The notes beneath the pieces are model-generated. The model was given only the letters and a program-made list of their open reading frames with translations. It did no database searches and was not told the DNA's origin. Made by a program: the position numbers and the translations under genes. Below, piece by piece: positions 17,577-24,198 of a DNA stretch of 25,975 bases (its first letter is position 1; every line of letters starts with the position of its first letter). The stretch is from Thermoplasmatales archaeon (GTDB taxonomy: Archaea; Thermoplasmatota; E2; DHVEG-1), in the NCBI GenBank assembly GCA_023140035.1, contig JAGLML010000001.1, forward strand, positions 1-25,975, in the 5' to 3' direction.

Positions 17577-17960
17577 ATGGCAGAAGAAGTGAGAGATGGT
17601 TTGAAATATACTGAGGCACATGAATGGCTGAAAATACAAAACAATATCGCCATCATAGGGATTACTGATCATGCTCAAGCTGAACTAACAGATATTGTAT
17701 TTGTAGAATTACCTGAGATTGGTAAAGAAATTAAAAAAGGTGAAGAGCTCTGTGTTGTAGAGTCAGTGAAATCTGTTTCGGAGATATATTCACCAATTAG
17801 CGGAAATGTTGTTGATGTAAATAAAAAACTTGATGATTCTCCAGAAGTTATCAATGAAAGCCCATATGATGATGGGTGGCTCGTTAAATTAGAAATAGAA
17901 GATAAGTCAGAAATTGATAGCTTGCTCGATGTAAAATCTTATAAAAAAATATTAAAATAA
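17577..17960 (+). CDS. gcvH: Glycine cleavage system H protein
   Basis: YTEAHEW, GITDHAQAELTDIVFVELP, lipoyl-lysine motif ESVKSVSEIYSP and INESPYDDGW; probable ATG at 17577. Confidence 0.95.
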   Translation: MAEEVRDGLKYTEAHEWLKIQNNIAIIGITDHAQAELTDIVFVELPEIGKEIKKGEELCVVESVKSVSEIYSPISGNVVDVNKKLDDSPEVINESPYDDGWLVKLEIEDKSEIDSLLDVKSYKKILK

Positions 17961-18088
17961 TGGTTCTTTAATAACGCGATAATTGTAGAATTTACTAAGT
18001 GGTAGACAGTTTGATTTTTCTGATATATACCCATATATCTAGTGAAAGATTTATTAACCACTTATTTCATTTGTTTTTAAACTAGGAG

Positions 18089-18502
18089 ATGGTGGTTAGG
18101 ATGAGAGATGACCCTATTGCAAATGTTTTAGATGATCTTTTGAAGCTTGATGATATCCTGGCATGTATGGTTGCTAGGCAAAACATGATTAGTGTGATGC
18201 CAAGTAATGATAGTTTTAAAGCTGAAATTAACCAGATATGGGATATTATACATCGAGCTATGGATGATGTGTTTACTGTTATCAGTGAATATTCTCAGAC
18301 GGGACTAGGCGAAATGGAGTTTCGTATGCAGGAGTACGAGGCGTTGTTTTATGTGTTCCCAGACACGGAGAATGCTCTCGTATCTATTATTCCAGCATTT
18401 GCTAACAAAGGTCTAATAGAAGTTGAAATGGAAAATGCAAGACGTGAGATACTAGCAATCATGGATGAACAAGAGAAGGCTAAAATAGAAGTTACTGCTT
18501 AG
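18089..18502 (+). CDS. Roadblock/LC7 (MglB-like) domain protein
   Basis: Helix-strand pattern ILACMVA...ALFYVF...ALVSII...NKGLIEVEM typical of the fold; true start may be ATG 18101. Confidence 0.55.
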   Translation: MVVRMRDDPIANVLDDLLKLDDILACMVARQNMISVMPSNDSFKAEINQIWDIIHRAMDDVFTVISEYSQTGLGEMEFRMQEYEALFYVFPDTENALVSIIPAFANKGLIEVEMENARREILAIMDEQEKAKIEVTA

Positions 18503-18602
18503 ATTCCAAAAACTATTGAAAAGTTTAAAATGTGAATAAGAAAGTGATGGATGCACTTTGACTTTAAAATATATATAATCAAGATGTGGTTGTGAGTAGA
18601 TT

Positions 18603-19850
18603 ATGGGTGAATCAAAGTTAGAAGCTGCTATAGGGATGTCTCGAAAATGGGATGCACGGGAGGCAGGGAGAGAAGTTACTAGATCTACAATTGAAAAATT
18701 AACTCGACCTCCAGATTTTTTCCTATTATTTTCTACGATTCATTATGAAAAAAATGGTGGTTTTGAGGAGCTTCTAAACGGGGTCTGGGACGTATTGCCA
18801 AAAGGAACGCCTCTCGCTGGTGGTACTGTTGCTGGGTTTATGAATAATTATGGGTGTTATGCGAGGGGGGCAACTGCATTAGCTTTTTCTTATCCAAATA
18901 TTAATGTGGCTGTTGGTGTTGGGAATAATACAAAAAGAAATCCAAAGAAAGCTGCTAAAGAATGCGCTGAAATGATTATGAAACAAAATATCAAGGTTGA
19001 CTTTTATTTTGAATTTATCTCTGGTCCAATAATTCCAACATTTCCTGGAATTGGAAAACAAACTGTAATAAGGTCAAAAACCTCAGGGAATTTAATGAAA
19101 AAGATGATACCCGCCCTTTTTAGGGCCAATAGGGGTACGGATAGAGCCGATGAATTTCTAGAGCATTTAGTTAAATATATTGATAGCCCATTAATTGGTG
19201 CTGTATGTTATGATGATGGAAAACTTTCAAAAAATTATCAATTCTTCAATAAAGAAATATTAAAAAATTCTGCAATACTTCTAGGCATATCTACAGATAT
19301 GGTTCCAGAATTTCAAACTGTTTCTGCTCTCAAATCACGGGGAGTTAAGATAAAAGTTAAACGTGAAAAAGACAATAGAACCGTAACCAAGATCGATGAT
19401 AAAATCGCCACTCCAGAATTATTTAGAATATTGAATTGGAAAGAAGGAAATGTAAAAGAAGTTGAAAAATTCTACTCTCAGGCATTTTATTATCCATTTT
19501 GTTATAAGAAAGAAGATAAGATTCATGCTGTTATGTTGGGTCTTATACTAGGAGAAAATATCTATTTTGCAAACAAAATAGAATCAGATGAATTGGAATT
19601 GTTTGGTTTAACAGGAAATAAAATAATATCCGAATGCAAAAAGGCTTTTTCAAAAAAAAGTGATCTGGTATATGGCGTAATTTGTGAGACTTACATAGAG
19701 ACACTTGGTAGCAGTGTTTATAAAATAAAGGACATAATAGATAATTCCACAAAAGATTATTTGCTTTTGTTTGCTGGAGGAGAAAGTATAGTTTATAAAA
19801 ATATGGTTCCTCATCATTTGTATGAAAGTATAAATATTCTAAGAATCTGA
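18603..19850 (+). CDS. Standalone FIST-domain sensory protein
   Basis: SRKWDAREAGREV, PDFFLLFST, PLAGGTVAG and LIGAVCYDDG; no output domain recognised. Confidence 0.78.
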   Translation: MGESKLEAAIGMSRKWDAREAGREVTRSTIEKLTRPPDFFLLFSTIHYEKNGGFEELLNGVWDVLPKGTPLAGGTVAGFMNNYGCYARGATALAFSYPNINVAVGVGNNTKRNPKKAAKECAEMIMKQNIKVDFYFEFISGPIIPTFPGIGKQTVIRSKTSGNLMKKMIPALFRANRGTDRADEFLEHLVKYIDSPLIGAVCYDDGKLSKNYQFFNKEILKNSAILLGISTDMVPEFQTVSALKSRGVKIKVKREKDNRTVTKIDDKIATPELFRILNWKEGNVKEVEKFYSQAFYYPFCYKKEDKIHAVMLGLILGENIYFANKIESDELELFGLTGNKIISECKKAFSKKSDLVYGVICETYIETLGSSVYKIKDIIDNSTKDYLLLFAGGESIVYKNMVPHHLYESINILRI

Positions 19851-21017
19851 ACTTAATTTTTTCTTTATATAACTTTCTGCTTCTTTCTCCTTAAGTTTCT
19901 TTAATTTTTTAAGATCTTTGTAATTAAGTTTATCTGAAAAAATACCAAGCTCTAAGAAAAATCTTTCTTTCGCTTTATTTTCATATGCTGTAACTAGAGC
20001 ATTACCTATTTCATTAGATTCAATAAAAAATTCCCCCATTTTTTCTTTAATCAATTTTTTATAAGTAGATTCTATTTTACTAATACAGTTCATGCATATT
20101 GCAGCAGACTTACCAGCCAATGAACCACATATTATTCCGGGTATAACTCCTTCGACAAAAGGTTTTAAGTTTTGATTGGCGGTATCTCCTACAAACATTA
20201 TATTTCCATAAGAAATTTTTTCAGATGGATTTTTTACCGGTGCTTCCCCACTTCTATCTATGACCATTTTAGAGCCGTGTATTTGATTCTTAATTATTTT
20301 GAGGAAATCATCAAATTTTGCGTCAATGTTTTTGTTACTTAGAGTGGCTATTCCAATATTCGCAGAAGTTTCAGATTTTGGGAAAATATAACCATATGCT
20401 CCATCTGCAAATTCTCCAAAGAATACATGTCCATATTGGAAATCATCCAGAGAAAGATCATGAAACTCATAGCTTTTTATATATCCTATAGAAGTTTGTT
20501 GTTTTTTTAATTTACCTATCGATTTTAAGACATTTGACTCGACACCGTCTGCAGCAATTAGAATCTTGGGTTTAATTCTAATTGATTCATTATTTTCAGT
20601 ATTTTGGGCAATTATTTTATCCACCATAAAATTATTATCATATCTCAAATCAATGAATTCTGTGAGAGGTGAAAATGTAGCTCCTTCATTAATTGCTAGA
20701 TCTAAAACGAAAGGATCAAATTCATTTCTGTTCAACGGATGGGATTTCCACCAAATATCCTCATCTCTTGTTATAATAAAATCATTATAATAAAATTTAA
20801 GACCATTTAACTCCCACTTTAAAAATCTATCAGGAATTTTGAAAGGCAAGTATTCTAGAAATGCTTTACTCAGTGTTTCAGCACATGCATCTTTTGTAGG
20901 CATCTCTTTCTTTTCAATAATTACTACATCCAAATCTTCTTTTGCAGATGCCCATGCTGCGGAACTTCCAGCAGGTCCAGCTCCAACCACCAGTATATCA
21001 CATTCAATATCCTTCAT
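19839..21017 (-). CDS. Geranylgeranyl reductase-family FAD-dependent oxidoreductase
   Basis: VVGAGPAGSSAA, RNEFD..L, IAADGVES, YGYIFPK and VGDTA. Confidence 0.87.
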   Translation of the reverse strand: MKDIECDILVVGAGPAGSSAAWASAKEDLDVVIIEKKEMPTKDACAETLSKAFLEYLPFKIPDRFLKWELNGLKFYYNDFIITRDEDIWWKSHPLNRNEFDPFVLDLAINEGATFSPLTEFIDLRYDNNFMVDKIIAQNTENNESIRIKPKILIAADGVESNVLKSIGKLKKQQTSIGYIKSYEFHDLSLDDFQYGHVFFGEFADGAYGYIFPKSETSANIGIATLSNKNIDAKFDDFLKIIKNQIHGSKMVIDRSGEAPVKNPSEKISYGNIMFVGDTANQNLKPFVEGVIPGIICGSLAGKSAAICMNCISKIESTYKKLIKEKMGEFFIESNEIGNALVTAYENKAKERFFLELGIFSDKLNYKDLKKLKKLKEKEAESYIKKKLSSDS

Positions 21018-21043
21018 AATGGATCGCTCTTTTTTTCTACATT

Positions 21044-22144
21044 TTAATTTTCATTAAATAAATCTAATATTTTGTTTATCTTTTCATCACTATTATCATA
21101 TTCGCCATTAAACGCCCTTATTAATTTATCAAAAAAATTATTATTGGCTTTTCTCCATATTTCCCTTGCAAAAAAAATATCTTTAAACTCTTTCTGAATC
21201 CTATTTGCATATTCAGTATATATACTAAGGTCATTTTTCTTTATTGCATTTGCTGCAAAATAAGCAGATTCTATTGCATAATTTAGCCCATAACCTAAAA
21301 ATGGATCATAAAAAAGAGCGGCTCCCCCTATGAATAGAGTATTTCCTAAAAGAACTTCTTGAATACCAGAAATTCCAATGCCGCCAAAATAGTTTTTAAC
21401 AGTGAACTTTTCCTTCGTGTTTCTCTCTAAGAAAAAGTTTAGACGCTGTTTTAATGATTCGTTCTTAGTGAATTTATCATCAGTCATTAAGCAGAAGAAA
21501 ATTTCCTTACCAACTGACCCTGAATATATATAGCCGCCAGGAGCGATTTTTTCATCAAGATATATTTTTGCATGAGGGATAACATCGCTTTGGCATGACT
21601 CGATTAATACCCCAAAACCATTGAATTTAGCAAAATTCTCTGTGTCGATATTTAATCTTTTTCTGAACTCTGACTCAGGACCATCTGCAACGATAACATA
21701 CCTTGGTTTTATCTCGATTTTTTTACTGTCTTTATTAACCTTAACCGTCGCAATTTCTTTCTTCTTTAATTCAATAAAATTCACTTTCGCTTTGAAAAAA
21801 ACATCTGCTTTATTGTTCAATTTTTTCAACAAAACATTTTCAAGCGAATCCTCACCTGGCCCTCTTTTAAAATAAAAATCCTCAATTTCAGATTCAATGA
21901 TATGGCTATAATTAGGGGAAAGCCACTCTGATCTAGAAGATGTTTTATTTGTGTTTATACCTATTTCATCAATTATCTCACGTATTCTATTACCTTCGGT
22001 TATATCATATTTAGTGTGTTTTGGTCCACAAGTTTTGCTTTTTTCCAGAACAATCGTAGAAAAACTCTTGTTGGATAAAAATAAAGCTGCTGATAAACCG
22101 GCAGGCCCACCGCCAACTACTAGTACATCACATTTAATTGACAT
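21044..22144 (-). CDS. Geranylgeranyl reductase-family FAD-dependent oxidoreductase (divergent)
   Basis: VVGGGPAGLSAA, VADGPES, APGGYIY and IGGAALFYDPFLGYGLNYA. Confidence 0.83.
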   Translation of the reverse strand: MSIKCDVLVVGGGPAGLSAALFLSNKSFSTIVLEKSKTCGPKHTKYDITEGNRIREIIDEIGINTNKTSSRSEWLSPNYSHIIESEIEDFYFKRGPGEDSLENVLLKKLNNKADVFFKAKVNFIELKKKEIATVKVNKDSKKIEIKPRYVIVADGPESEFRKRLNIDTENFAKFNGFGVLIESCQSDVIPHAKIYLDEKIAPGGYIYSGSVGKEIFFCLMTDDKFTKNESLKQRLNFFLERNTKEKFTVKNYFGGIGISGIQEVLLGNTLFIGGAALFYDPFLGYGLNYAIESAYFAANAIKKNDLSIYTEYANRIQKEFKDIFFAREIWRKANNNFFDKLIRAFNGEYDNSDEKINKILDLFNEN

Positions 22145-22331
22145 ATGAATAAACTCATATTATTGATTTTATTTAAATACATCTCTGAATTATTAATAAT
22201 ATTTTATGAATTCGAGCTTCTTCCTGAAATGTTTTAGATAGATCAAGATACCGGTCATTTCCTCATTTCTAAAGATAACTTTAGGGGGAAAATATTGTTT
22301 CATATAATTTAAAAATTGCATTGTTCTTTAA

Positions 22332-22925
22332 TTATGTCGTCTCTACGCTTCTTGTTGAAAGAGGGAAAATACCCGACCTTCTTTGTTGACCATACCAACG
22401 CATCACTAGGTATGCTCCATCGAAAAGTAACATTGCCAGGAGAAAATAGAAAGGTACAATACCCAATAGTACGAAACCGAAAATTGCAATTTTTAATAAC
22501 CATCTCTGGTCAAAAAAATATTTTACAAAATTATGCCAAAGCCTGTCACCGTTAAAGTATTTTTTATTGTAGTCTATAACATCATTCCCTACTTCATCTA
22601 AAAGAGCGAACGGTGCAAGAAATAGTAAGGGAATGATCATCAATTCGACGCCCGCTAGAACGATTATGATCAGTATAGCTAATAATCCAGCTAAGTGTGC
22701 ATGATTGTCAATTTTGCCTTTAAAAAGAACACCACATAAAACAGCTAAAAGGATAGTGGCCGAAATTCTATCAATGAGCATTGTATATGCCCATAAAATA
22801 CCAAGCAGAGGAGCAATAACCAAGGCTATTTTTTTATTGAATCTTTTTTCATCAAACGCATCGTCTATATATTTTATACCAGCGCCCAGGAGGGGGTAAG
22901 ATAATAAAAAGAAATACATACTCAT
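22332..22925 (-). CDS. Integral membrane protein with Asp-rich motifs, function unknown
   Basis: About 6-7 hydrophobic segments; KYIDDAFD, GKIDNHAH and LLDEVGND; ATG overlaps the upstream stop (ATGA). Confidence 0.75.
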   Translation of the reverse strand: MSMYFFLLSYPLLGAGIKYIDDAFDEKRFNKKIALVIAPLLGILWAYTMLIDRISATILLAVLCGVLFKGKIDNHAHLAGLLAILIIIVLAGVELMIIPLLFLAPFALLDEVGNDVIDYNKKYFNGDRLWHNFVKYFFDQRWLLKIAIFGFVLLGIVPFYFLLAMLLFDGAYLVMRWYGQQRRSGIFPLSTRSVETT

Positions 22926-23116
22926 TCTCTCCCCTTTTTTATCCTTTCATTGACGTCACGTTTTAACCTTTTTTTATTGAATGACCACCTTTTATCTCCC
23001 ATTTCTGTGTCAAAACAGATGGTACCATAAATACATTTTTCGCACCTAGGTATGCAAGTGGACATGTTGGTAACGAGCAGCCTTTCATCTTGGACTAACC
23101 CACTTACTTTATTCAT
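22922..23116 (-). CDS. Small Cys-rich peptide (about 64 aa; Cx3Cx2Cx5C)
   Basis: MNKVSGLVQDERLLVTNMSTCIPRCEKCIYGTICFD...; stop coupled to the next gene by an ATGA overlap; TTATATAA at 23149-23156 upstream; start uncertain (track gives 23167). Confidence 0.6.
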   Translation of the reverse strand: MNKVSGLVQDERLLVTNMSTCIPRCEKCIYGTICFDTEMGDKRWSFNKKRLKRDVNERIKKGRE

Positions 23117-23176
23117 TTCTTCTATGTCTCCAATTTTGTAAAAAGAAATTATATAATAAAGCCCCAATATGAAAAA

Positions 23177-23224
23177 TTCCTACAAAACACTAAAATAGTA
23201 GGTGAATTTTTACTATTGTAGGAA
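23177..23224. promoter_or_regulatory. Nested inverted repeats in the divergent promoter upstream of the Lrp gene (putative operator)
   Basis: TTCCTACAA (23177-23185) / TTGTAGGAA (23216-23224); AATAGTA (23194-23200) / TACTATT (23211-23217). Confidence 0.5.
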
Positions 23225-23226
23225 AT

Positions 23227-24198
23227 ATGGTAAAAATAGATTTGAAAGATAGAAGAATACTATATCAGTTAGATTTGGATTCAAGGCAACCATTAACCCA
23301 AATTGGAAGGAAAGTTGGTTTAAAAAAAGATGTAGTATCGTACAGAATAAAAAGACTTTGGGATGAGGGTGTTATAAAAAAATTTTACGCCGTTATTGAC
23401 GCGTATAAACTAGGGTATAATGTTTTTAGATTCTATTTGGAATTCCAATATGTAGCTCCCGAAATTAAAAATGAAATAATTGAACATTTTGTAAATTATA
23501 AAAACACCTGGGTTGTTTACTCAATTAGAGAAAAATACGATCTGGGACTCGTTCTTTGGGTAAAAAATATTCAGGAATTCCATAATTTTTGGGATAACAC
23601 ACTAGATAAGTATGGAGATTATTTTGCTAAAAAAATATTTTCTATTTATATGCAGGCATTTTCTTATAGACCTTCATATTTGTTATTGGATAAATATAAA
23701 AAATCTGATAGATCAGATTATGAAATTGTTGGAATGGGGAAAAAAGTTGACATTGATGCTTTGGATTATAATTTATTAAATAAATTGGCGGTGAACGCTC
23801 GGACATCGCTTATTGAGCTTGCGGAGGAACTCGGTTGTTCACCACAAGCAGTAAATTATAGAATAAAGAATCTGATCAAATCAAGGGTGATTCAAGCGTT
23901 TAGAACTGCAATTGACATTTCAAAACTAGGTCTTCATCAGTATAAAATTGATATATACCTTAAAGAACATAAACAGAGGAAAAATATAATTAATTATGTA
24001 AAATACAATCCAAATTTGATGTTTATAAGCACTTCTGCAGGTTTCTCTGATTTAGAGCTGGAATTTCATTTAGAAAATGCAGATAAAGTAAATCATGTTA
24101 TGGAGGAAATTTCGAAGAAATTTCCTGGAGCTATTCGCAATTATGATTATATAAGTGCTAACAGGTTTTATAAGGTGCGCTTAATGCCAGAATTATGA
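23227..24198 (+). CDS. Tandem (double) Lrp/AsnC-family transcriptional regulator
   Basis: Two AsnC HTH units (DLKDRRILYQL..SRQPLTQIG..VSYRIKRL and DALDYNLLNKL..ARTSLIELA..VNYRIKNL), each followed by a RAM-like domain. Confidence 0.92.
   Translation: MVKIDLKDRRILYQLDLDSRQPLTQIGRKVGLKKDVVSYRIKRLWDEGVIKKFYAVIDAYKLGYNVFRFYLEFQYVAPEIKNEIIEHFVNYKNTWVVYSIREKYDLGLVLWVKNIQEFHNFWDNTLDKYGDYFAKKIFSIYMQAFSYRPSYLLLDKYKKSDRSDYEIVGMGKKVDIDALDYNLLNKLAVNARTSLIELAEELGCSPQAVNYRIKNLIKSRVIQAFRTAIDISKLGLHQYKIDIYLKEHKQRKNIINYVKYNPNLMFISTSAGFSDLELEFHLENADKVNHVMEEISKKFPGAIRNYDYISANRFYKVRLMPEL

Noticed and set aside
22193-22303. 36-aa minus-strand ORF MKQYFPPKVIFRNEEMTGILIYLKHFRKKLEFIKYY between the membrane gene and the reductase
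   Set aside because: No RBS or motif; short ORFs like this are expected by chance. Worth revisiting only if homologous clusters conserve it.
14005-22925. Treating the polyprenyl synthase and the reductase cluster as one lipid operon
   Set aside because: Separated by unrelated core genes (flpA, gcvT, gcvH) on mixed strands; no sequence evidence of co-regulation.
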